Part shown: positions 27,715 through 39,303 of the stretch, piece after piece
How the letters are laid out: every line of letters starts with the position of its first letter
Position numbering within the stretch: position 1 is the first letter of the stretch
Assembly (NCBI GenBank): GCA_037379345.1
Contig: CM074523.1
Span: forward strand, 30,457,678 to 30,521,677
Reading direction: 5' to 3'
Length of the DNA: 64,000 nucleotides
From: Perna viridis
Lineage: Eukaryota
Position numbers and translations under genes: made by a program
The notes under the pieces: generated by a model
The model's input: the letters and a program-made list of their open reading frames with translations, nothing else
Told to the model about the DNA's origin: nothing
Database searches by the model: none

Positions 27715-29020
27715 TGTAAGACAGTCATCATATGATATTTATGTTTTCAGTAACATTCTCATATAAAAAGTATATGCATTTTTGGTGGGATTTTAGAAAA
27801 CATGATAGCATGTTTAAAAACACAAAAAACATACTTTTGCCTAACTGGTCTGAAACATATGTTTTTGTGTGTTTCAAAACATATATTAAAACATATGTCG
27901 CAATTTTTTCTAGTACATTAAAATAATTATGTGTAATATATCTCTGCCGATAGAAAATTTTACATTTTCAATGTAAGTATTGTAAGAATCAGCAAAAGGC
28001 AAAATTGGAAAAATCAGAAACAAACATTTGGCATGTCAAAATCCCACCGAACTGACAATCTTTTCAAAATCCCCCCGATCTGACAAAAAATCAGAAACAT
28101 GCATGTGAAAATCCCTCCGATCTGACAAAAAATCCGAAACATGCATGTGAAAATCCCACCGATCTGACAAAACCATTTTACTCAAGGATGCTTTCTATAC
28201 TTGAAAAAGAACATTATTTGATCTCTGTATCACTGGATTTGGTCAGAATATTTTCAATAGAATGTTAAAACAATGAGGTTTTTGAAAGTTAATTTTTTAA
28301 TGACATCATAACTCAATTCATCAAATTGATGTGGAAAATCTGGTCTTTTTTCCTAGATTCTGGTGGTGTAAATGGGCAAACTAAATTTTCGGAAACGGCG
28401 GGTTTTTTTTTCATACCAATATTAACTCACTGTCTGATTCTTATAAAAACTGACACTTCATAGTTTCTTACGTTTTTGTTGATATTGAGCCTATGATCTA
28501 TTAACTAAATTTGTATTAAAATTAAAATTAAACCTGTTACAAAAGTTATTAGAATACTATCTTATGAAATTATCACTTATTTACTTTAAGATTTGAATAA
28601 TTGATCAAGCATTTCGTTCGTCAAAACATATTTATATCATTCGATTGTGATGATGCAACTGTATGTTTTATTCACAAATGTACTGTTAATCATTTTTCAT
28701 TCCAAATTGTCAACTTTCCTTACATCTCTGGCAACATCCTTTCAACACCTTCGTATGAAGTGTTCATATCACAACTCATACGTTATGCCAGAGCTTGCCG
28801 AGACTAAGCAGACTTTTTGCATCGCGCTAGAATTCTAACAAATAGGCTTCTGGAGCAGGGTTATGTTGCTACAAGATTGAATTCATCACTTCAAAAGTTT
28901 TATGGTCGTCATCATGAACTCGTGGACCGTTACGGTGTACCCTTCTGCGGAATGAAAACGGATTTGTTCAACGTGTCATTGTTTTCCTTTCCTCTTTCTT
29001 CTGCCATGGACTTGACTTTC
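27715..29020 (+). repeat. Direct-duplication copy 1 (includes CCGATCTGACAA mini-repeats and a Penelope-like RT fragment at 28692-29020)
   Basis: TGTAAGACAGTCATCATATGATATTT...GGACTTGACTTT is repeated at 32120-33053. Confidence 0.9.
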
Positions 29021-29806
29021 TATTCGCCCTACTTCAACTATTGGACCACAAACATAACATCACAGAATTGTCTTTACTGTTACATCAGTTTGTAACACTT
29101 CATTTGGATTATCGGCATTCATTGTTATTCAAGGACCAATCCAGAGATTTCAAATTTCGTTCAGATGACAGACTTGAGTGGCTTCAATTTCCCAAAGGTA
29201 AAACAAGTATGAATGCATATGTAACTACTAGAATAGATATATGGAGTTTAGTATCTAGTCTCTTTCAGTCTTTGGTATAAATTTGAGTCCATTTCTCTTT
29301 CGGTATAATACAACACTAACTAGCTATATTTTCAGGGAATAGTGAGTTTATTTTCCTCTTGTGCAATCGTTATACCTCGGGAAGAATAGATTTACTATTC
29401 CCCTTATACCCAATCAATAATTATAAAATATTCGTTACTGAATCCAACCAATTCATGTGAAATAAAGTGTTTCTTAAAACAGCCGAAAACGCAAAAAAAA
29501 AAAAAACAAAAACACATAAACAAATTAAAAAAAATTACAGAGCAGAATGTAACCAGAAGAAATACAACAATGATTAGAGAGTTGTAAACTTTGATGATAT
29601 GTGAGATGGGCTGCTACGTCTTTAATAAAAATAAAAAAATAATACAGAAACTACTTTCGGTTATATTTCCGTAATAAAAATGTGAAAGACTGATATAAAT
29701 ATTTTAATCGATTAATACTAGACATATTGATATATTGAGCTGAAAAGTATGATTTGTATTTAAATTCTAGTTTGCTAGCCGTCAATTATTGATCATAGTT
29801 TACATT

Positions 29807-31447
29807 GTAAAACTTCCCTTTAGTATAACTGAATTAGAAAGTACAGATTGAAAAATTTACCGTATTGTTCGTTATAAATTTCTATGTAGCTTGTGGTATT
29901 GAAGACGTCTCATGTAACCTTATCATACTATCTAAGGCTATTCATTTTCTGTGTGAAAGGTTACACGACACGATAAAAATTTGTCATTTTGTAAAAAAAA
30001 ACAAACATCAGTACTTACAATTGATATGTACAATCAAAATGAGTTTTATAATTCCTTACGAGATATTCCATTGTAATTCCACCATTTTTGTTGCAAATGC
30101 CGATTGTTGACAAAATTCTGATTATTGTAGTTTTTTAATTTCTGTATTGGCAAAAATATAATTTCTTACGAATTGAAAGCAATCATCTATTATGTAGGAT
30201 CGATAACCTTAAGAATAATCTTTGACATAACATAAGACGGTAAATCTTTGTTTTCGTCAAACAAACTACCAACAACCGAAAATCGTCTTGGTAAGAAAGT
30301 CACGGCCGATTAGACAATGTAAATATTGTGATCTGGTTTAAAATATCATCGGATTTAGACAGTTTGCATTTTACCGAGAAGCCATTTTGTGATATGAATG
30401 AGCAAGTTATTTAACATAATTAATATGTCGACAATAAAACTGCAGACTGTTTTTATTTTGAATTTGAATGTTATCTATTTGACGCCGAGTATACATGATA
30501 ACCTAACATCTAAACCGAATTAAGCCACATGGACAAAGATTATTAAAAATATGGTATTTTTTCTGGATATTCTGTATACAAGTAGATCAATAGCTTTGAC
30601 CGTGCCTATGTACAAGGAATGCTGTCTAACCTGAACACATTTGGACTAATTAGACTAAACACGTCGTTTGATTAGGGCAGTGTTTGATTTGAATTTGTTC
30701 ATAACGAAATGGGACAAGCATGAAAAGAATTCATCAGACGTACGGTTTATTAAATTATTAGATTAATTCAAGGCTACTGTAAGAGTGCTATTGACTTTTA
30801 TCTGATAAGTCTATAAAAATTTTGGTTACAAATGTAACCTACGACGTAACATTACAGTACGATTATTCGGTTACATTTATAATTAGTGGTAATAGACGAC
30901 ATTCTTATGATATATTTTCAATCATTTCGATTGTACTTCTTTTTATAGGTATTTTTATTTCAGTTAAAAAAGTATCTTACAGAAAAAGCGACCTATCTTT
31001 CTAGACTTAAGACATTGCAACGAGACCCAAAAGATTATATCATTTAGATGACGACTACAATCCATTTTAAAATAACACAGTACTATAGAAACATCGTAGT
31101 TATCTTGTGAGACGTAGTTCAACATAACTTTTACTGGTCCTCTTTTTTGAAATCCCAAATCCTTTTATTGTCTTGTTTAAAACCCTAAACATGTTCCAGG
31201 TAAATGGCAAATATAAAAGTAGGCTATGGGGCAATGTGTTTAAAGCAATGGGGAATGGGACAATGACACAATAAGATATTGACCATTAATTAGACGTTAA
31301 TGAAAAATATAATACATTTTACTTTTGATGTGAACTATTTTTAAAGTAAAATTGATAACAAATCAACTTTGATACAAACATAATCTGTGTTCATAACGTA
31401 TCATGTGGAAAATAGAAAGGTAACAAGATATTGGGAAAATGACAATT
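29807..31447 (-). repeat. Right arm of a ~1.65-kb inverted repeat
   Basis: GTAAAACTTCC at 29807 mirrors GGAAGTTTTAC ending 27463; TTGGGAAAATGACAATT ending 31447 mirrors AATTATCATTTTCCCAA at 25804. Confidence 0.9.
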
Positions 31448-31814
31448 TTTGGTCTATATGGTTTAGACAACGTGCTATGGGGGATTAGATAATTAGGAAT
31501 TGAAATAGTTCGAAGTTGTTTTTTGTGTGTTTTTTGTGTTTTGTGTTTACTGTTTTTGTTTTTGTTTGTTTTTGTTTGTTTTTGTTTTTTTTTTTTTGTT
31601 GTTTTTTTTTGGGGGGGGGATGGGGTTTGTGTGAAAGGAAAGTGCTTTGAACAAGTTTTTTTTCCTAACAATGTATTTGTATATATTGCTTTACAGTACA
31701 TAAATTTCAATACTTTTGCTATTATCAAAATTATTGACAATTAATAACTGTTCACTGTTTTGGTCATATCATAGACCTTCCGGTGTATGATTCCGTCTTT
31801 TTCACTCAGAAGAT

Positions 31815-32108
31815 TTTTTGATAACCGCTATAACCTTGGTTCCCTTGATTACTCTTTCAAATGTTTAATTAAAGAGTAATCAATGGAACCAAAGTTATAG
31901 CGAAAATCAAAAGAATGTAATCCAGGGACAAAGACCAGACATGGAAAACAGACAAACACAACAAAGAGCATAAAGTAACTTAAGTCATACAAAAAAAGTA
32001 ACAAAAGCAAATGAGCAACTCGGACTCCACTAAAAACTGGTAGCATGTACCAGGTGCACTAGTAGGTTAAGCGTCCTCTGCTTTTCTAGAAACATCCGCC
32101 GAACAATT
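31815..32108. mobile_element. Tail-to-tail pair of Penelope-like 3' ends (+ tail 31815-31857; - UTR 31871-32108)
   Basis: ...CCCTTGATTACTCTTT, spacer CAAATGTTTAATT, then AAAGAGTAATCAATGG... Confidence 0.8.
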
Positions 32109-32119
32109 CATACAAAAAC

Positions 32120-33053
32120 TGTAAGACAGTCATCATATGATATTTATGTTTTCAGTAACATTCTCATATAAAAAGTACATGCATTTTTTTTGTGGGATTT
32201 TAGAAAACATGATAGCATGTTTAAAAGCACAAAAACATACTTTTGCCTCACTGGTCTGAAACATATGTTTTTGTGTGTTTCAAAACATATATTAAAACAT
32301 ATGTCGCATTTTTGTCTTGTACATTAACATAATTATGTGTAATACTTAATTTCAAATGTGACACGATTTCTCTGCCGATAGAAAATTTTACATGTAAGTA
32401 TTGTAAGAATCAGCAAAATTGGAAAAATCAGAAACAAGCATCAGGCATGTTAAAATCCCACCGAACTGACAATATTGTCAAAATCCCCCCGATCTGACAA
32501 AAAGTCAGAAACATGCATGTCAAAATGCCACAGATCTGACAAAACAATTTTATGACAAAACAATTTTACTCAAGGATGCTTTCTATACTTGAAAAAAAAA
32601 CATTATTTGATCTCTGCATCACTGGATTTTAATAATTGATCAAGCATTTCGTTCGTCAAAACATTCTTTATATCATTCGATTGTGATGATGCAATCGTAT
32701 GTTGTATTCACAAATGTACTGTTAATCATTTTTCATTCCAAATTGTCACTTCCTTACACCTGTGGCAACATCCTTTCAGCACCTACGTATGGAGTGTTCA
32801 TATCACAACTCATACGTCATGCCAGAGCTTGCCGAGACTAAGCAGACTTTTTGTATCGCGCTAGAATTCTAACAAATAGGCTTTTGGAGCAGGGTTATGT
32901 TTCTACAAGTTTGAAGTCATCACTTCAAAAGTTTTATGGTCGTCATCATGAACTCGTGGACCGTTACGGTGTAGCCATCTGCGCCATGAAAACGGATTTG
33001 TTCAACGTGTCATTGTTTTCCTTTCCTCTTTCTTCTGCCATGGACTTGACTTT
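32120..33053 (+). repeat. Direct-duplication copy 2 (lacks ~360 bp of copy 1; includes Penelope-like RT fragment 32727-33053)
   Basis: Colinear with 27715-29020 except the segment ~28240-28598. Confidence 0.9.
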
Positions 33054-34169
33054 ATATTTTGTAGGTAAATATCAATACAATGCACAATTATGCTGGAAGA
33101 GTATTAATTTTCACGGTTTACTAATTTTCGGTATTTAAGCAGTTAATATATAAGCTCGAAAAATAGTTCCCGCTAAATTCAGGCATCGACATTTCCGCTA
33201 GTCCGATCGCCCATGGCAACTAAAACTGGCTGGGGACTGCTGAAATTTCGGGTAGAAATAATCCGCGAGACTAGTAAATATTCAGTATTGAAAATGAATT
33301 TTAATTGCGTCTCATTGTCATGTGAATCGTTTTATTGTAGCCGTCAGACAGAAATGAACTTCTGGAACCTGTTTCTTTCACCTACGGTTAAAAAAATAGA
33401 ATGTTTACATTATTGATTTTTGTGTGACTGTTTTAGGAATCGTGATTGGTCGGTTTGGTTGTTAGTTATGATCAGTACGATGTTGACAGCAATGCGGTAT
33501 AACGTAACTTTCATGAAAAGTTTTCGTGCTTTTAAGGGTAATGTCCTCATACATCGGATGTCTTTGATTTTGAGGTTATAAATTAAGTTTCCAAAAGATT
33601 TAACCAAAACTGGTCTTTAAATAAATGATTTTAAACAAAATATGTATTTCGCGTCCGTTGCATTATTTTCGGTCAACAAACAATAACAAGGCTATAACTA
33701 ATTGACAGTATTCTCTGTTTGACACACACACAGTCTCACTCTGCTGTGTTGACTTATTTATGTCTTCTTGATTTTTAGAGGACTACTAAAAATTGTGTAT
33801 CTACTAGTCCTTGGACTACTGCCAGAAAAATCAGGTGTCAATCCCTGAAATTGATTTTAAAAACTATAATACGAATATCTTTTTTTGAAATTGATACACA
33901 CCAGTATGAAGACTTGACAAAATCCGCGAAAATTGAAGCACGCTAATACATAGACTTGACAGAACCCGCGTATATTATCAACCGTGAATATTGATATGCT
34001 TACTGTTGTCTATTTGTATATATTGACGGAAGTATGAATGGCTTACAATCCTTAAACATATTTTGGTCTTACAACATTTGAATTGGTATAACTTTCCATT
34101 CTGTGACTTTAATATCGAAAGTAAAACAAGGTATTTAGACATAAACGGAAACAAATATTCAATTCAAAA

Positions 34170-34620
34170 ACATGGAAATATGGCATGTAGAAGGTGACCT
34201 TTGGAATACACATGAAGAAGATAGTATGGGCCATAGGGCATGTTGCAGATGGTGTAGAGTTAAATAGCATGGGGAAAGTGGCTAGGGAAATATGGCAGGT
34301 GACCTTTAGAATACGGCATGAAGAAGGTAGTATTGTGAGTAGGACATGTTGCAGATGGTGTAGAGTTAAATACATGTAGCATGGCGAAAGTGGCAAGGGA
34401 AATATGTCATGTAGAAAGTGACCATTGCAATACGGCATGAAGAGGATAGTATGGGGATTATGGCATGTTGCAGATGGTGTAGAGTTAAATAACATGGGGA
34501 AAGTGGCGGGGGAAATATGTCATGTAGAAGATGAACTTTAGAATAGGATATGAAAAAGGTAGTATGATGGGAAAGTAGGAAATGTAGCAGATGACATAGA
34601 GTAAGAGGGCATGTGTAAGG
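34170..34620. repeat. Diverged ~106-119 bp tandem repeat, about 4 copies
   Basis: CATGTTGCAGATGGTGTAGAGTTAAATA at 34239, 34345 and 34464. Confidence 0.85.
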
Positions 34621-35078
34621 TTACATTGCGAATAACACGTGTGGAAGACAGCTTCTAGAATGAAAAGTCAGTTGTGTTAGCTGGGGTATTGTTCTATTGC
34701 ATGTTTACATTTTTCAGCGTGTGAAATATTTTGATCCTTTCTTTGTCAAGAAAGTAAAATGAGTTTTTGATATAATATCTCTCCGCGAAATATTTGTATT
34801 TGTATCTAAATCATAAACCCATGTTAATGGCAATGAAAATATCCGAGTTATTACGTTTTTTTTTTTAAATGTTTTCATGTCATCCTGTAAACCCTACAAA
34901 AATTGAGATTATTTGTTTTATATTTGATAAACACGTACGTTTAAATAAATATATATACATTGATCAGCTTGTCTCCAGTATTGTGTAATATACGTTTTAC
35001 CAGTAACGCTACCGAGCTGTCAAAGGATCTTACTATGCGATAGCTATTTTTTAAAACAAATCAAACCTTTCAGACCTT

Positions 35079-35265
35079 TCTGAACCGGACACTAGATTTC
35101 GGTATCCGTGGCCTAAATACAGGTGATATCGTCTGAACCGGACACTAGAATTTGGTATCATTGGCCTAAATACAGGTGATATCGTCTGAAACGGACACTA
35201 GAATTTGGTATCCTTGGCCTAAACACAGTGTATTTCGTCTGAACCGGACACTAGATTTCGGTAAT
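35079..35265. repeat. 53-bp minisatellite, about 3.5 copies
   Basis: TCTGAA(C/A)CGGACACTAGA at 35079, 35132, 35185 and 35238. Confidence 0.9.
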
Positions 35266-35339
35266 ACCGAATGGCAAGTATTCAGTTTCACCAAATACAA
35301 AGTGAATAAATATTAATTTACTTCATAAAATGTCTGGTC

Positions 35340-35541
35340 AAGGACGCTTACCCTACCAGTACACCTGGTGGATGCTTCCAGTTTATAATCGAGTCCGAGT
35401 TGCTCATTCACTTTTGTTACTTTGTATGTATTATTTTAGTTACTTTATGCTCTTTGTTGTGTTTGTTTTTCATGTGTGGTCTTTATTCCTGGATTATATT
35501 CTTTGATTTCCGCAACAATCTTGGTTCCCTTGATTACTCTC
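35340..35541 (+). mobile_element. Penelope-like 3' UTR fragment
   Basis: AGGACGCTTACCCTACC...CCCTTGATTACTCT. Confidence 0.8.
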
Positions 35542-37478
35542 TCTAATCAAGATTCGGTTTTGACAAGTAGTATTGTATCAACTTTAACACAACTGACTCG
35601 TGTTGTGAAGTTACATATATAATTCATACTCACTATATAATGAAGAAACTACTTTCAGACAAAAACAAGCTTAAAAATCTGTGTATATCTACACATGTGT
35701 CCTCAATTACAATGTTTAAATTGATTCATTGCTTTTATATTCTAAATATAAAAATTGAATTCATTTGTAACAGAGCGTTAATGTAAAACTATTTGGTTTG
35801 TTGTTATATAAACAGTTGATAGGATCAATGGAATTTATCAAAATCATTTCATAATAGTATGTTTTCCGAATTATGTAAATTTCACATGCCAGTACATGTA
35901 TTCGCATGAATCACGCAAAAAGTTAAAACATCTGAAATCTGCTTGTTAATCTTAAATAATCTGTCGCTGAAGAAAGTCTTCTTTTAATATACACATACAT
36001 TGATGGCGCGTATAATGAAAAAACAAATAATGCATTATTTTATGTATGATAAGATTTCAAAATGAGAAAACAATAACTCAATGCTGTTGTGATTTATAAG
36101 GTTTTTAAATGATACACATGGCGGCACACACTAAAGAAGCGTGAGCAAGCTAGAAATTTTTAAGGTCGATATACCAGTCAATATAATTCCATTTCACCCA
36201 ACGTTCAATTAACTAGTTGCTTTATCATACTTTTTCTGTATAGCCGTCAATGCATCTTCGTCTTACGAGGCAAATCTGCCAGACGACATTTTTGTTTTGA
36301 TGAAATAACGGGATCGAATCCGGAACGAGACTGTCAATGGAAATAAGCCACGCACACCGGTCCAATATCATTTCCAGTCGGTTAATATAGCATTTTATGG
36401 ACTGATGCAGTTTAATACGGAAAAAGACATATAATTTCTTAAAGGTATCATATTATTTTGTCACAAATAATTGAAGTGTAATGATTATATTGTAGTCTTA
36501 AGCTTTCGATTTACAACAAAGAAACAGGTGTAATTTAAGTGATGAATGGTATCCGGAACGTTTCAGCCCCCTGCTGTATTAAATTCTCTCTTCAGCATTA
36601 GATGGCTGATTTTCAAAATACGTTATTTCGCAAGAACTTTTGGAATTAAAATTGTGAGAGAATGAATCGAAAAGGGTCTTATTATTTTTACCCTTTTTCC
36701 AACTACTCCATGCATGCTTTCATACTGTGCCTGATATTTTATAAAACATATTATTTGGCTGTTAGTTTTGGAAAGGCGCCCATAATTTGTACTATAACTC
36801 AGTAATATGTTTTTCAGTAATGACCTAACTGCATTGTACTACCTAAGAGGGCTGGATGCAGCGTCTATAGTGAGTTTGGAACGTCAGACGCTGTTCGGAG
36901 CTTGAAATATCCATATATAAATGATGCAAATGTCAATATTTTGTACATCTAATAAAGACATCGATTAACAATCACCAAAGAAAATCTTACATGTTAATTT
37001 TCAGTTCATTCAATGATATTATAACTCAATTTACCAAAATGATATAAAATATCTTGTCTATTTGTCATGTCTCCCAATTCATGATGACACACAATAACTT
37101 CAAGAAAAACTACATAAATTTGACACTAAAATTCACAATTGGAAAAATTGTATGAGTATTAATGTTTATTTTTTTAATATGAAAACTTTATCGGGAAACG
37201 AAAGATGATTGATATCAGCCTTCGTTCCTGTTGAAACACTGGTAAGTTCGCACCAAGGGAATCGTTTCATACCAATTCATGGTAAACAAACCTTATTTCG
37301 TGCGTTCCTAAAGTAATTTTTATATTGTAAACCTGTTGAAATCAAAGACTTTTATAATGTGCCACTTCAAGTTTATATTGCTTAACTCCACAAACATATC
37401 CTTAATCTTTAATCCGAGTACAAATTTTTGGTTGGTCTGCAAAAAGGATAAGATAACGATAAAAGAGTTAAAGGTCAA

Positions 37479-37700
37479 TTAAGGAGGTAGACCTAGTAGA
37501 CCTAGGTACATTATTCTTGAAATCAGTGATATGTTTGTATCATATTCAATTTCATCGAAGCCTCTCAAGATTTCCTTTAAACAGGATGAAATCAGTCCAA
37601 GTTACTTTGATGTTTGCATGAGATTAATGTAAAATGGTGAATACAAACGTTCCAATGATTTCTTAGAGTTCTGTCCCTTACCCTAGATCTACCTCCTTAA
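37479..37700 (+). mobile_element. TTAA-flanked Kolobok-type MITE, copy 1
   Basis: TTAA|GGAGGTAGACCTAG...CTAGATCTACCTCC|TTAA. Confidence 0.8.
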
Positions 37701-37938
37701 TTAATTTTTTTATTTATTTATTTAGAGAATTTACCGTGTAATGACAAATATTTATGCAAATCAGAACATTAAACCAATCGACCACAGGAATCAAAATCAT
37801 ATGATCCAAATTCACAAGAATTGGCTCTCTAACCAAAAGTAAATCTTTATCAATGTAATGTAAGGTGAGCCATACGTGTCAAAAACCCACATATAAAAGC
37901 TATAGAACAAGTCTTTTTTTTCATTCGGTTGTTGCACG

Positions 37939-38155
37939 TTAATGAGGTAGACCTAGGGTAAGGGGCACACTTTAACACATCACTGGAACGTTTGTATCCA
38001 GCATTTAATATCAATTTCATGAAAGCATCAAAGTTACTTGGATTGATTTCATTCTGTTTTAAATGAAAGCTTGAAAGGCTTTGGTGAACTTGAATATGAT
38101 AAAAACATAACACTGATTTCAAGTTATGTCGCTTACCCTAGGTCTGCCTCCTTAA
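37939..38155 (-). mobile_element. Same Kolobok-type MITE, copy 2, inverted relative to copy 1
   Basis: TTAA|TGAGGTAGACCTAGGGTAAG...CTTACCCTAGGTCTGCCTCC|TTAA; interior is the reverse complement of copy 1. Confidence 0.8.
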
Positions 38156-38437
38156 GATTAAATTTTACTGATTGTTCATTGAATTGTCATGTTGCAAAAG
38201 TTGTCGTTAGGTTTTCTCCGAAATACAGATCTGTTTACAGAAATGACTATAGTTATGTAAATATGTTGTGTATGTATATCGTAAAAGAGTCGCTTTTCGG
38301 TGGGTTTACCTCAACATGAATCATCTATCCAATGGAAATAGCTTAATCTTACATGGATTGGCATTAAAAACTGATAAATATTAACTTATATTTCAAACAA
38401 AGAACCATGAAGTTTCGTAAACAGGTAATTTCATGAT

Positions 38438-39303
38438 TTATGCTCTTGTTTCTGAAATAAGTTGTTGTAGTGCAGCATATGAATTTCGGATGGCCCTTTT
38501 TTCTTCATATCTTTTAATATTCAGTTCTCTGAACATACTGTGCCATTGATATTCACTGCCGTCTCTTGGGCCCTCAACCCTATCAAACATTATTCTCCTC
38601 AAATTGTCTCTAACAATGTCATCGAGCGTTTTATGTGAACCTCCCTGTCTTGCGTCCATAATTTTACGCATCTCCTTCCGTTTCCTATTGTTAAATGCAA
38701 AAGCATAGTCATCAGTGTTGGTTGAAGTCTGAGAGCGTAAAGTCGAAGATGATTCACACCTTTGTAAAATTTCAAATGATATCATAAGTTCTAGAAACTC
38801 GCTTTGTTGATTATAAAATGAAGTGGAAGCTGCAACATGTATCAAAGTTGAAATTCTATGCCATATCAGACCTAAGAACTGGACAACAAGTAAAATTCCG
38901 AAAACAACTGTAAAAGTTATCGATATAGGTTCTATCGCAAATGAACTTCTGGAACAGCCAACTGAAATTGTCAATGAGCCTGCGTAAGCGGAAGCTTGAG
39001 TTAGCGCGTACACAAGCGTAACAAGGAATGTATTCAGTAAAAAGAAGAAAAGACAACACTTATTTCTTAGTGCAACTAGGTCATCTTGGATTCGCTTTTC
39101 TTTTGTTTCATCTTTATCCAATGGTTTAAGGTATTTTTCAATCAATGTTTGCCAAAAAAGTTCTTCCTTCTGAGGCAATGCATCAGCAGACTGAAAATCC
39201 ACTGTAAAAGCGGTCTTGTGAAATCTAATATCGATATCGCCTTGCTCTATAGTACCATCACTTCCACGTTGTATTATATCACCGTCTATATTATTTTGCT
39301 CAT
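38438..39303 (-). CDS. CHS: Chitin synthase last exon (coiled coil, C-terminal TM helices, stop)
   Basis: TTTTACAG|AT acceptor; EELFWQTLIEKYLKPL...IQDDLVALRNK...EPIS...VQFLGLIWHR; TAA at 38438. Confidence 0.93.

Noticed and set aside
29134-29197. Possible exon of the kinase gene (AAG| ... |GTAAAA, open frame)
   Set aside because: No recognisable motif and weak splice sites; cannot be supported without transcripts.
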